Below the pieces are notes generated by a model. The model made no database searches, was not told the origin of the DNA, and saw only the letters and a program-made list of their open reading frames with translations. Shown piece after piece: positions 19,058 through 29,499 of a stretch of DNA of 53,471 nt. Every line of letters begins with the position of its first letter. Position 1 is the first letter of the stretch. The stretch is taken from IMG/VR virus record IMGVR_UViG_3300005239_000666; one strand, written 5' to 3'. This stretch comes from an uncultured virus (IMG/VR IMGVR_UViG_3300005239_000666) (Duplodnaviria > Heunggongvirae > Uroviricota > Caudoviricetes). The position numbers and the translations under genes are program-made.

Positions 19058-21223
19058 ATGCCAGTAATTAAGAACGCCGGTGTTCGTGTCGGCCTAGGAC
19101 GTATAGGTTATACAGGATCGGGAGGTCCAACAGGTTTTACAGGTTCCAAAGGGGCTGATGGAGCCGCTGGGTCACCAGGTGGTTATTCAGGTTCACAAGG
19201 TTTCACAGGATCAGTTGGTGCTCAAGGGCCAGGTGGTGGTTACACTGGTTCGGTAGGTGCTGTAGGATTTACAGGATCCTCAGGAGGTTTAGGGTACACA
19301 GGTTCATCTGGTACAGTTGGTTTCACTGGTTCAACAGGAGTAGGTTACACAGGATCAGCAGGCTCTGATGGTTCAGACGGCTCTGTAGGTTTTACTGGTT
19401 CTACTGGAGCAGGATATTCAGGATCAAAAGGTGATCAAGGTACAATAGGTTATTCAGGTTCAAAAGGCGACACAGGTTCAGCTGGCGCCATAGGTTATTC
19501 AGGTTCAAAAGGTGATCAAGGTACACAAGGTACAATTGGTTTTTCAGGATCACGAGGTTTACAAGGTACATCGGGTTATGCAGGATCAAAAGGAGATTCA
19601 GGAACAGCAGGTTCCGATGGTTCAGATGGTTCAGTTGGTTTTACAGGATCAGTTGGTGCAGGTTACACTGGATCAAGAGGTGCTACAGGTGCTCAAGGGC
19701 CAGGTGGTGGTTATACTGGTTCAGCAGGTGGTTTAGGATATTCAGGTTCAAAAGGCGATCAAGGTACAATAGGTTATTCAGGATCAAAAGGTGCTGATGG
19801 TTCAGCCGGCACAGTAGGATTTTCAGGTTCAAAAGGCGATCAAGGTACAATAGGTTATTCAGGATCAAAAGGCGCCGATGGTTCAGATGGTTCAGATGGT
19901 GGCGTAGGTTATTCAGGATCAAAAGGAGATACAGGAACAGGTTTCACTGGTTCAGTTGGTACTGTTGGTTTCACTGGTTCAGCAGGATCAGGTTCAGATT
20001 CTCCATTTGTATTTACAACTTCAGGAGATTATAGAACACTTACAGGATATTTAGAAGGTGGTTCAACAAAAACAGTTAGAACGGCAGAGTTTTCATCTGA
20101 CTTATTAAGATTAACTTTAGCAACATTTACTCCTTCATTTTCAGCTTCAGGTAGTCCTGCAAGTTATAATAATTGGGACATACCAGCAACAGGATTTTCT
20201 GTATCTGTAGACAACCCTAGTGACATTACAAACGATTTTATAAGTTCAGTTTACTCTATCACTCAATCAAGTGGAAGTGTTAACGGTACTTTAAGTAATT
20301 ATTCAGCAGGTAGTTATTCACAAACACCAGCAGGAGGTACAGATTGGAATCAATCTTTTACTACTGATCAATCAAACTCATATATTAGACCAATATCAAC
20401 TAGTCGTACTGGAGGTTCGGCTGGTGGTACAGTTAGATTTAATAGAAACAACGGAAGTGAATCAGAATATACAGATTCAAATACAAGTTTTTCTGTAAAT
20501 TGGGCATCAGCGTCTATGAGTTTATCTAAAAATAATGTTAGCGGAAAAACATTTTTAAAATCTTATGCTAGTACATCGTACTCTACTAACACAAGTGGTA
20601 TATCAAATTCAGGAAACACTTCACATGCTTTAACAGCAAGTGGTGGTTCTTTGAGTACAAGTTCAGGAAGCGGCTATGTGAGTGGGACATTTACTTTTAC
20701 ATCACCTATACACAAAGATAATACAAGCGATACACGTACAGTATCTAATACTACTACGTTCACAAGACCTGTTGATGTAACAGGCACCTCATATACGACA
20801 GATCAGTCGTCAACAACAAGCAACGTATCTGCCTCATTTACATACCCGTCTTTCTGGATCTGGACAACAGGAGTAGGAACACCTCCAGCAGTTGCTGATA
20901 TAATAGATGATTCAACATCTACAGGTTTTGAATCGGCAGTTAATCAGTTAGCAGATCAAACAAGAACATTTTCAGTACAATCAGTTAATAATTCAGATTC
21001 AAATCCTAGAGCATTTTGGTTTGCTGTTAAAAATTCAGCGTCTCAACCTGGTACATTTAAAACAGGTGCAAGTGCAGGATTATTAAGTGATGTTAGTACA
21101 ACAGATGGTGGAACAATTACACTAGTACCTGATTCACCATTGTCAGGACAAACAGGAGAAAGTTATCATTTATATGGATTTACTTTACAACCAGGAACAA
21201 CTTACGTGGAGATAGGAGCATAG
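19058..21223 (+). CDS. collagen-like (Gly-X-Y) virion fibre protein with Ser/Thr-rich C-terminal domain
   Basis: About 300 aa of interrupted G[FY][TS]GSxG repeats, followed by a beta-rich S/T region. Confidence 0.8.
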   Translation: MPVIKNAGVRVGLGRIGYTGSGGPTGFTGSKGADGAAGSPGGYSGSQGFTGSVGAQGPGGGYTGSVGAVGFTGSSGGLGYTGSSGTVGFTGSTGVGYTGSAGSDGSDGSVGFTGSTGAGYSGSKGDQGTIGYSGSKGDTGSAGAIGYSGSKGDQGTQGTIGFSGSRGLQGTSGYAGSKGDSGTAGSDGSDGSVGFTGSVGAGYTGSRGATGAQGPGGGYTGSAGGLGYSGSKGDQGTIGYSGSKGADGSAGTVGFSGSKGDQGTIGYSGSKGADGSDGSDGGVGYSGSKGDTGTGFTGSVGTVGFTGSAGSGSDSPFVFTTSGDYRTLTGYLEGGSTKTVRTAEFSSDLLRLTLATFTPSFSASGSPASYNNWDIPATGFSVSVDNPSDITNDFISSVYSITQSSGSVNGTLSNYSAGSYSQTPAGGTDWNQSFTTDQSNSYIRPISTSRTGGSAGGTVRFNRNNGSESEYTDSNTSFSVNWASASMSLSKNNVSGKTFLKSYASTSYSTNTSGISNSGNTSHALTASGGSLSTSSGSGYVSGTFTFTSPIHKDNTSDTRTVSNTTTFTRPVDVTGTSYTTDQSSTTSNVSASFTYPSFWIWTTGVGTPPAVADIIDDSTSTGFESAVNQLADQTRTFSVQSVNNSDSNPRAFWFAVKNSASQPGTFKTGASAGLLSDVSTTDGGTITLVPDSPLSGQTGESYHLYGFTLQPGTTYVEIGA

Positions 21224-21224
21224 T

Positions 21225-22535
21225 ATGGCAAATTACGATGGTCTAACACGAAACGTCTGGCCAGGAACATGGAGTACCGGAACTAACTCGCCTATCGTTT
21301 TAGATACGGAAGTTAGAGGTACACTTCAAAGTATTTCTGGTGATAGTGGAGATAGATTAACAGATATTCCTGGTGCAAGAATAACGGAGGGTATGTTAGT
21401 ATATGTTAAAACAGGATATACTTCCGGTTCTTACACATACACAACAGACAAATATTACACTTATAAACTTCAAGGCAGTGAAGTACGTAGCAATGTTACA
21501 GGTGCTATGCCAAATGCTGACGCCAACTGGACATTATTCAGTGTTGGTGGTGGAGCAGGTTACACAGGATCAGCAGGCGCTATAGGATTTACAGGATCAG
21601 CAGGCGCTATAGGTTATTCAGGATCAAAAGGAGATTTAGGATACTCAGGATCAAAAGGCGATCAAGGTACAATAGGTTATTCAGGATCAAAAGGTGATCA
21701 AGGTACTTTAGGATATTCAGGATCAAAAGGCGATCAAGGTACATCGGGTTATTCAGGTTCAAAAGGAGATTTAGGATATTCAGGATCAAAAGGTGATCAA
21801 GGTGTAATTGGTTACTCAGGATCAAAAGGTGATCAAGGTACACAAGGTGTAATTGGTTATTCAGGTTCAAAAGGAGATTTAGGATATTCAGGATCAAAAG
21901 GTGATCAAGGTATAATTGGTTATACAGGTTCAGAGGGAAATTTAGATGTAGCAGTTGCTTCAACTCCTCCAGGTTCAGCAGGTATTGGTGACGTTTGGAT
22001 TGATGACGCAACAGGTATTCAATACTTCTACATGAACGATGGTAACAGTAATCAATGGGTAGAATTAAGTAACCAAGGTGTTGTAGGATTTACAGGTTCA
22101 TCTGGTGCTAGCACACTATCTGGTCTTACAGACGTAACTATTAGTACACCACAAAAAGGCCATACTTTAGTTTATGATGGTTCAGGTTGGGTACAAACAC
22201 AAACTCCAATTTCACAATTTGTTGTAACAGCCAATGGTTCAAGTGCATACAGATTTGATGGTGCAGGATTCCCTAGTACAAGTGGCGATAATCCTACTAT
22301 CTACCTTAAAAAAGGTCAAACATATTACTTTAGAAATACAACTAGTGGACACCCATTTAGAATACAGTCTACTGCCGGTACAGGTGGAACAGTATATAAT
22401 ACAGGCGTTACTGATAATAACGCTTCAGGATCAACAGGTGTAGTTATATTTCATGTTCCTATGAGTGCTCCTGCGACATTATACTATCAATGTTCATCGC
22501 ATGGTTCTATGGTAGGAACAATTACTATAGTTTAA
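21225..22535 (+). CDS. collagen-like virion fibre protein
   Basis: GYSGSKGDQ repeats; GDVWID...QWVE module; C-terminal NPTIYL..G..Y.F...HPF...LYYQC..H..M module (cupredoxin-like, seen in marine phage fibres). Confidence 0.8.
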   Translation: MANYDGLTRNVWPGTWSTGTNSPIVLDTEVRGTLQSISGDSGDRLTDIPGARITEGMLVYVKTGYTSGSYTYTTDKYYTYKLQGSEVRSNVTGAMPNADANWTLFSVGGGAGYTGSAGAIGFTGSAGAIGYSGSKGDLGYSGSKGDQGTIGYSGSKGDQGTLGYSGSKGDQGTSGYSGSKGDLGYSGSKGDQGVIGYSGSKGDQGTQGVIGYSGSKGDLGYSGSKGDQGIIGYTGSEGNLDVAVASTPPGSAGIGDVWIDDATGIQYFYMNDGNSNQWVELSNQGVVGFTGSSGASTLSGLTDVTISTPQKGHTLVYDGSGWVQTQTPISQFVVTANGSSAYRFDGAGFPSTSGDNPTIYLKKGQTYYFRNTTSGHPFRIQSTAGTGGTVYNTGVTDNNASGSTGVVIFHVPMSAPATLYYQCSSHGSMVGTITIV

Positions 22536-22579
22536 TTTAAAACTATTGTATTATTAAAGAATTTGAAGAAGATTTATAT

Positions 22580-22587
22580 TATAAATA
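22580..22587 (+). promoter_or_regulatory. T4 late promoter
   Basis: TATAAATA in the intergenic region. Confidence 0.7.
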
Positions 22588-22695
22588 GATGTAGAAAAGA
22601 AACGAAACACTTTTCTTGCAAGAATATAATTTTTTACTATGACAGATATTGAGGTTTTAAAATTTTAAAAAAACAATAATTAGGAGACAAACAAA

Positions 22696-23709
22696 ATGGC
22701 AATAAACTTTCCATCGTCCCCCTCATTAAACGATCTATACACACTTGGCACACGTCAGTGGAAATGGAACGGCAATGGGTGGGCACTACAACCTCTTACA
22801 GCAGGTTTCACTGGATCAATCGGTTATACTGGTTCTAAAGGTGATATCGGGTACACAGGTTCTAAAGGGGATACAGGTCTAGGTTTTAACATAGCTAAAA
22901 CTTATACAAGTGTCGCTAACTTATCAGCGGATACAAGTCCAACAGGCATTAATACTGGTGAATTTGCTATCATTGAAAACGGCTCTTTAACAGACGCCGA
23001 AAATTCTAGATTATACCTATGGAACGGTTCAGCATACTCATTCGTATCTGACCTTTCAGGTACAATTGGTTTCACAGGATCTAAAGGTTTTACAGGATCT
23101 AAAGGGGATCAAGGTATTATCGGTTTCACAGGATCTAAAGGGGATCAAGGTGTTATAGGTTACACTGGTTCTAAAGGTTTCACAGGATCAAAAGGTGACA
23201 TTGGTTACACAGGATCAAAAGGTGATCAAGGTGATATCGGTTACACAGGATCTAAAGGTTTCACAGGATCACAAGGTGAGATTGGTTTTACTGGATCAAA
23301 AGGTTTCACAGGATCAAAAGGTGACATTGGTTACACTGGATCTAAAGGGGACATTGGTTACACAGGATCAAAAGGTGACATTGGTTACACAGGATCAAAA
23401 GGTGACATTGGTTACACTGGATCTGAAGGTAATCTTGATATCACAACTTCAGCTACTCCGCCATCATCTGGCGTAGGCGAAGGTGATATTTGGGTAGACA
23501 ATGCAACTGGTGTACAATACTTTTACTACAACGATGGTAACAGCACACAATGGGTAGAGCTTTCTAACCAAGGTGTTGTTGGATTTACAGGATCAAAAGG
23601 TGATCAAGTAGACACTGTTGATTCAAGTAACTTCAGCTCAGCTGTAACTTTACTAATCAAAAATAGTTCAGGTACTACATTAAAAACAATCATAGGTAAC
23701 GCTTCATAG
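22696..23709 (+). CDS. collagen-like virion fibre protein
   Basis: AGGAG SD; INFP..P....Y....WKWNG..W N-terminal module; GYTGSKGDI tandem repeats. Confidence 0.8.
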   Translation: MAINFPSSPSLNDLYTLGTRQWKWNGNGWALQPLTAGFTGSIGYTGSKGDIGYTGSKGDTGLGFNIAKTYTSVANLSADTSPTGINTGEFAIIENGSLTDAENSRLYLWNGSAYSFVSDLSGTIGFTGSKGFTGSKGDQGIIGFTGSKGDQGVIGYTGSKGFTGSKGDIGYTGSKGDQGDIGYTGSKGFTGSQGEIGFTGSKGFTGSKGDIGYTGSKGDIGYTGSKGDIGYTGSKGDIGYTGSEGNLDITTSATPPSSGVGEGDIWVDNATGVQYFYYNDGNSTQWVELSNQGVVGFTGSKGDQVDTVDSSNFSSAVTLLIKNSSGTTLKTIIGNAS

Positions 23710-23742
23710 TAAGCAGAGCAAATTAAAAGGAGAAAATAAATT

Positions 23743-24672
23743 ATGGCAACAAGAAACCCATTAGTATACAGCAGTGGAAATCTAGTTGAAATGACTTCAG
23801 CTCAAGTTGACGCAGTTATAGATAATATTGTTTATCAATATTCTTTATCGCCGTCAGTTACGTTATCAGTAGTAGGTTCAGGTGGCTCTTTAGGAGCAAT
23901 TTCTGATACAAGAAAACAAGCAGGTGCTATTTCTAATAGTTCTTCTAGTTTTCCAGGATCAGGTACAACACAAGACCCTCAAACTGTAACAACAAACTAT
24001 GACAAAGTAAGTCAGTCAGTAGCTTCGGTTACGCCGACAGCTGACACAGGTACAACATGGCCGGTATACTACACAAGTGGTGGTGAAGTTCATGCTATGC
24101 CTTTAGCAGATATTAAGGACACGTTCTTACATCCTGCTATTGATTTACTTACAGCGAGTACAACTACAACGCAACAAGGTGGTACATATTTTATATCATC
24201 TTCAGCGTCTGTTAGTGGTGCTACTGAAGTTAGTGGTTCAAACACACCTATATTCATTGACACAAGAGCCAACACTGGCGCTTATGCTGCTGGATCTATA
24301 GGTGACCACGCACAAGATAACCCAACTACGATTACTAGTTACTATTTACAGAGAGTAAATGGTGCTACGTCATCTTACGAAAATCTATTAAATATAGACG
24401 GTACAACTCACTTACAACAAACTGGTTCATCTTTTGATACTTTGTGTCAAGAGTGGATTAGAGCGACTGCAAGTGCTTCAGTAGACGGATATACGATTAG
24501 ATACAACTTTAATGGTTCAGGTACTACAAGAGGTTCAGGTATGGCGAATACTATACTTGATGGCTCTAGTTACAATACTAGACAAGTTGGCGATGACTAT
24601 AGAGCGCAAGAGTTTCCAGCAGGTTCGGTAACGACAGCTGCAACTCACACGCTAAAGATTGTTAAAGCATAA
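23743..24672 (+). CDS. putative virion structural protein (S/T/G-rich)
   Basis: AGGAG SD, long ORF, followed by a terminator. Confidence 0.6.
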   Translation: MATRNPLVYSSGNLVEMTSAQVDAVIDNIVYQYSLSPSVTLSVVGSGGSLGAISDTRKQAGAISNSSSSFPGSGTTQDPQTVTTNYDKVSQSVASVTPTADTGTTWPVYYTSGGEVHAMPLADIKDTFLHPAIDLLTASTTTTQQGGTYFISSSASVSGATEVSGSNTPIFIDTRANTGAYAAGSIGDHAQDNPTTITSYYLQRVNGATSSYENLLNIDGTTHLQQTGSSFDTLCQEWIRATASASVDGYTIRYNFNGSGTTRGSGMANTILDGSSYNTRQVGDDYRAQEFPAGSVTTAATHTLKIVKA

Positions 24673-24701
24673 TAATCTATAGTAATCAAAGGTGTAAAAT
24701 T

Positions 24702-24735
24702 AACCCCCGGAGCCTAGGTTTCGGGGGTTTTTTAT
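24702..24735 (+). terminator. Rho-independent terminator
   Basis: AACCCCCGGA...TTCGGGGGTT stem followed by a T-run. Confidence 0.85.
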
Positions 24736-24760
24736 TGGAAAATAGCTTCTTTAAACTCGT

Positions 24761-24777
24761 TATAAATATTATAAATA
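24761..24777 (+). promoter_or_regulatory. tandem T4 late promoters
   Basis: TATAAATA at 24761..24768 and 24770..24777. Confidence 0.7.
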
Positions 24778-24811
24778 TGGTGATAGAACAAATAGAAGGA
24801 ACAAAATTTAA

Positions 24812-25992
24812 ATGCCAACAATAAACTTTCCGACAGGTCCGTCTCTAAACGATACATATAATTTAGGTGTACGTACATGGAAATGGAATGGGGAAGCATG
24901 GGCTTTACAACCACTTACAGGTGGATTTACAGGATCACAAGGTTATACAGGTTCAGCAGGCGCTGGCGGTTCATCTGGTGCGATTGGTTATACAGGTTCA
25001 ACAGGTGTCGTTTTGCCTTTAACTATAGATACAACAAACGATAGAGTAGGTATCGGAACAACATCTCCTGCAACTTCACTTCATATTGCAGCTCAAATTC
25101 CAAAAATTAGAATAGAAGATACAGATTTATCAGGAATGGCATTTGATATTAGAGGAGCTGGACCTAGTGCTGTATTTGATTTAGATCCAGATTCTTCTCA
25201 AGCGCTTGCTGATTTTGCGTTTGATATTGGCGGCAGTGAAAAAATGAGACTTCGTGGCACTGGTAGATTAGGAATAGGAACTACAACTCCATCAACAACG
25301 TTAGATGTAGTCGGTGATATCAAATCTAGTGGCAAGATATTTACAGGCGATACAGAATTACAGAGTGGAGCAAGAACTACTATTAGTGCAGGCGCTTCAA
25401 ATCTTGAAATTACTGGTACTACCAATGGTATGAAACTATATGTTAAAAATGGAGGCGTTGAAGGATTTGCTGCTGGATCGGAAGGTGGTGTAGGACACGG
25501 TGCAATTGCTTTAAGAGGCCAAACAATACTTGTGGGTGGTAATAGTAGTAAGGGTTTCGCATTTGGTAGAAATGTTAGTTGGTCCGATGTTGATTCAATA
25601 GGTCAAGACGATATAGTAATTAAAGGTGACACTGTAAATATTAATGGTGCATTAACAGTAGGTGGTGTAGCAATAACTCCTGCGACAGTACCAACAATAA
25701 GTTCAATAAGTCCTGCGACTATTGAAACAAGTACAGCAACAGCAGTTACAATTACAGGAACAAATTTCGCTTCTATACACAAGTAGAGCATAATTCTACT
25801 ACAGGTATTTGGTATACTGCCGACTNNNNNNNNNNNNNNNNNNNNNNNNNNNNNNNNNNAGGTGGTAGTTCAACTACACCAACAACATATAATTTTACCG
25901 TAAGAATAACGGATGCCGAATCGCAAACAGTAGATAGATCGTTTTCTATTACAACATCTTACGGTGCAACAGGAGGAGCTCAGTTTAACTAA
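24812..25992 (+). CDS. tail-fibre-like protein with C-terminal Ig-like domains (indels and N-gap 25826..25859)
   Basis: Same N-terminal module as 22696; RVGIGTTSP and RLGIGTTTP fibre repeats; PTISSISP...ITGTNF (IPT/TIG-like). After the gap, TYNFTVRITD...DRSFSI ends at a TAA overlapping the ATG at 25992. Confidence 0.65.
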
Positions 25993-27293
25993 TGGCTAGT
26001 ACATATTTAACAAGAACACCAAGTTCAACAGGAAACAGGAAAACATTTACTATTTCTGTTTGGGTTAAAAGAAGTGAACTATCTACAAATCAAAAAATAT
26101 TTGAAGCATCACCAGATGGCTCTAGTAGAACTGAAATTACATTTAAAACAACAGATGAATTACAATTTTATGCTGAAGTTGGTGGTGTTACAAAATATAA
26201 TTTAAAAAGTAATGCAAAATTAAGAGATACTAATGGATTTTATCATATAGTTTGTGCTGTTGACACTACACAATCTACAAGTAGCAACAGGGTCAAAATG
26301 TATATTAATGGCGAACAAATCACATCACTTGATATTAATGTTTATCCAGACCAAAATTTTGATACTCTTGTTAATCTTTCTTCTCAAATTAATGTTATAG
26401 GAAGAAGAAATCCTTATTCAGATTTTTATTTTAATGGTGTAATGTCACATTTCCATTTAATAGATGGCACAGCTTATGACGCAACAGCATTTGGTGAAAC
26501 AGACAGCACAACTGGAGAATGGCAGATAAATACTGCTCCTAGTGTAACTTATGGAACTAATGGTTTCTTTATTTTAAAAGATGGTAATTCAGTTACAGAC
26601 CAATCTGGTAATAGTAATAACTTTACAGTTGGTGGTGGTTCACTTACAAAAACAGAGGACTGTCCAGACAATGTTTTTGCTACTTTTAATCCTTTATATT
26701 CAGGTGGTGCTGTTTATAGTAATGGAAATTTAACAAGCACAATAAGTTTAGGTAGTAATAAATTTGGTGGGGTTTCAACTATTGGAGTATCTTCTGGTAA
26801 ATGGTATGCAGAATTTAAAGCCTTAAGTGATACTACAAATAATATAGCAGTAGGTATTTATGGACAACCTGGACTAGCATCTAACAATAATCAAGCAGTA
26901 GGAAAAGAAACTGACAGTATAGGTTATCGTAGTGATGGTTCTAAAGGAATAGAAAATACTTTTAGCTCTTATGGTGTATCATATACCACTAATGATATTA
27001 TTGGAGTGGCTTTAGATTTAGATAGTGGAACTAAAACAATTACATTTTATAAAAATGGTGCAAGTCAAGGTGCTATAACTATATCATTAACTCCAGACGA
27101 AGGTTTTTGGTTTTTATCAGCAAATAGTGCAGACGGTGGTAAATCAGGAATTTGGTCAGCAAACTTCGGCAATGGTTACTTCGGAACAACAGCAGTAGCT
27201 AGTGCAGGAACTAACGCCTCAGGAATAGGAATATTTGAGTATGATGTTCCCGCCGGATTTACGGCCTTGAGCACGAAAGGATTAAACGAATAA
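25992..27293 (+). CDS. LamG/ConA-like + SPRY-like domain virion or receptor-binding protein
   Basis: FTISVWVKRS, YHIVCAVDTT and MYINGE (LamG); GKWYAEF and DIIGVALDLD...FYKNG (SPRY). Confidence 0.75.
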   Translation: MASTYLTRTPSSTGNRKTFTISVWVKRSELSTNQKIFEASPDGSSRTEITFKTTDELQFYAEVGGVTKYNLKSNAKLRDTNGFYHIVCAVDTTQSTSSNRVKMYINGEQITSLDINVYPDQNFDTLVNLSSQINVIGRRNPYSDFYFNGVMSHFHLIDGTAYDATAFGETDSTTGEWQINTAPSVTYGTNGFFILKDGNSVTDQSGNSNNFTVGGGSLTKTEDCPDNVFATFNPLYSGGAVYSNGNLTSTISLGSNKFGGVSTIGVSSGKWYAEFKALSDTTNNIAVGIYGQPGLASNNNQAVGKETDSIGYRSDGSKGIENTFSSYGVSYTTNDIIGVALDLDSGTKTITFYKNGASQGAITISLTPDEGFWFLSANSADGGKSGIWSANFGNGYFGTTAVASAGTNASGIGIFEYDVPAGFTALSTKGLNE

Positions 27294-28256
27294 TGGCTTA
27301 CACAACAATTAATAAATCAACAGACTATTTTAATACTAAACTTTATACAGGTAATAGTTCTACACAATCTATAACAGGTATAAATTTTCAACCAGATATG
27401 ACATGGATTAAAGCTAGAAGTGGAACACATGGTACAGAAAATCATAATTTATTTGATGCAGTTAGAGGTGCTACTAAATATTTAATTCCAAATGGAACAA
27501 CTGCAAGTACAACAGATACAAATTCATTAACTGCATTTGATAGTGATGGTTTTAGTTTAGGTACTAGAACAGATGTAAATGGTTCTGCTGAATACGCATC
27601 ATGGAACTGGTTAGTTCTAATGGAACTGCAGCTAATACAGATGGTTCTATAAGTTCTACAGTTTCAGCTAATACTACAAGTGGATTTAGTATTGTGTCTT
27701 ATACAGGAACAGTGATGCAATAAAACTATTGGTCATGGGTTAGGAACTGCACCATCAATGATTATTACTAAAAACAGAGATACTACAAGAAATTGGTGTG
27801 TTTATCATAAATCTTTAGGTGCAACAAAATTTTTAAGATTAAATTTAACTAATGCTTCTGCTACTTCAACAGGTAGATGGAATGATACAGAGCCTACATC
27901 TTCATTTTTTACTCTTGGAGATGATGCTGAATCTGGGTCTGCAAATAATTTTATTGCCTACTGCTTCGCTGAAAAGAAGGGATATTCCAAGTTCGGATCC
28001 TACACCGGCAACGGCTCCACTGACGGTCCTATGGTGTACACCGGCTTTAAGCCAGCTTGGGTTTTACAAAAAAATACAAGTACCACTCAAGGTTGGCAAC
28101 TACAGGATAATAAAAGATTAGGATATAATCCTGATAACTATTTACTACAACCACATGCATCTCAAGCTGAAAGTGCATTACAAAGAGTAGACCTACTTTC
28201 CAATGGATTTAAAGTAAGAACAACGGATGCGGGACAAAACACTTCAGAACATTACA
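27293..28256 (+). CDS. putative tail-associated protein with YTGN repeats (indel frameshifts, ends at N-gap)
   Basis: ORFs 27293..27652 and 27758..28318 join into one gene of the MAYTTINK..LYTGN..QPD.TWIKAR / SIVSYTG / SYTGNG..DGP type. Confidence 0.65.
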
Positions 28257-28276
28257 NNNNNNNNNNNNNNNNNNNN

Positions 28277-28658
28277 ACACATAGCCTACTGCTTCGCAGA
28301 GAAACCTGGCTATTCTAAAATGGGATCTTATACCGGGAACGGAAATGCGGACGGCCCTATGGTGTACACCGGCTTTAAGCCAGCTTTTGTTATTATTAAA
28401 AAATATAATACTAGTGAAAACTGGTTGATTTTAGATACCAAAAGGGGTTCTTATAACTTTGTTGATGAATTTTTACAACCTAATCAATCTGGTGCAGAAG
28501 CAAATCATAATATAGCAGGTGGAATTGATATATTAAGTAATGGCATGAAGATGAGGCATGGTGATGGTACAATTAATGCTTCTGGTGGCTCATACATCTA
28601 CATGGCTTTTGGCCAGAGTATAGTAGGTAGTAATAACGTTCCGGCGACGGCAAGGTAG
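28277..28658 (+). CDS. alternative or duplicate C-terminal part of the YTGN-repeat tail protein
   Basis: IAYCFAEK.GYSK.GSYTGNG..DGPMVYTGFKPA is repeated on both sides of N-gap 28257..28276. Confidence 0.65.
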
Positions 28659-28681
28659 TTAAAAAGAGGATAAATAGAGTT

Positions 28682-29494
28682 ATGGCAACACCAACAACAA
28701 GAGAAGAATTAAAAGACTACGCTTTAAGAGCATTAGGTCAACCTGTTATAGAAATTAACGTTGACAATGATCAATTAGAGGATAGATTAGATGAAGCTTT
28801 ACAATATTATTCTCAATATCATATGAATGCAATAAGAAGATGTTACTTAAAATATGAGTATACACAAGCTGATTATGATAGAATTGTTACTAACGGAGAC
28901 GTAGCAGAATCACAAACTAAAAATTCGGTAACTACAACATGGAAAGAAAATCAAAATTTTATAGTAGTTCCTGAATCAGTTATATCTGTCACTAATTTAT
29001 TTCCTTTTTCAAGTAAAGGAAGTTTGAATTTATTTGATGTAAGATATCAGATGAGATTAAATGATCTCTATGATTTTTCTTCAACATCGGTAGTTAACTA
29101 TGATCTTGTGATGAGACAGTTAGACTTTTTAGATCACATTTTAGTTGGTGAAAAACCATTAAGATTTAATCAAAATGATAATAGATTACACGTTGACATG
29201 GACTGGAAAAATGATTTAAAAGTTGGAGAATTTTTAGTTATAGATTGTTTTAGAAAATTAGATCCATCAACATATACAGATGTATACAATGATCAGTGGT
29301 TAAAAAGATACGTTGTAGCATTATTTAAAAAACAATGGGGAGCAAACCTGTCTAAATTCAATGGCGTTGCCATGATTGGTGGTGTTACTCTTAACGGAGG
29401 TCAAATATACTCCGAGTCACTAACAGAAATACAAAATTTAGAAACGGAAGTAAGAACAACTTTTGAAGAGCCTCATAACTTTCTAATAGGATAA
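28682..29494 (+). CDS. gp13: neck protein gp13
   Basis: LKDYALRALG.PVIEINV, KKQWGANLSKF and GGVTLNG; synteny; GATAAATA 5 nt upstream. Confidence 0.92.
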   Translation: MATPTTREELKDYALRALGQPVIEINVDNDQLEDRLDEALQYYSQYHMNAIRRCYLKYEYTQADYDRIVTNGDVAESQTKNSVTTTWKENQNFIVVPESVISVTNLFPFSSKGSLNLFDVRYQMRLNDLYDFSSTSVVNYDLVMRQLDFLDHILVGEKPLRFNQNDNRLHVDMDWKNDLKVGEFLVIDCFRKLDPSTYTDVYNDQWLKRYVVALFKKQWGANLSKFNGVAMIGGVTLNGGQIYSESLTEIQNLETEVRTTFEEPHNFLIG

Positions 29495-29499
29495 AAACT

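Noticed and set aside
19100..23430. Short direct repeats resembling a CRISPR or satellite array
   Set aside because: They are in-frame 9n-bp coding repeats with synonymous variation (collagen triplets), with no unique spacers and no cas genes.
27955..28385. Possible DGR template/variable repeat pair in the tail gene
   Set aside because: Mismatches are not adenine-specific, no reverse transcriptase is visible in the window, and the copies flank an N-gap.
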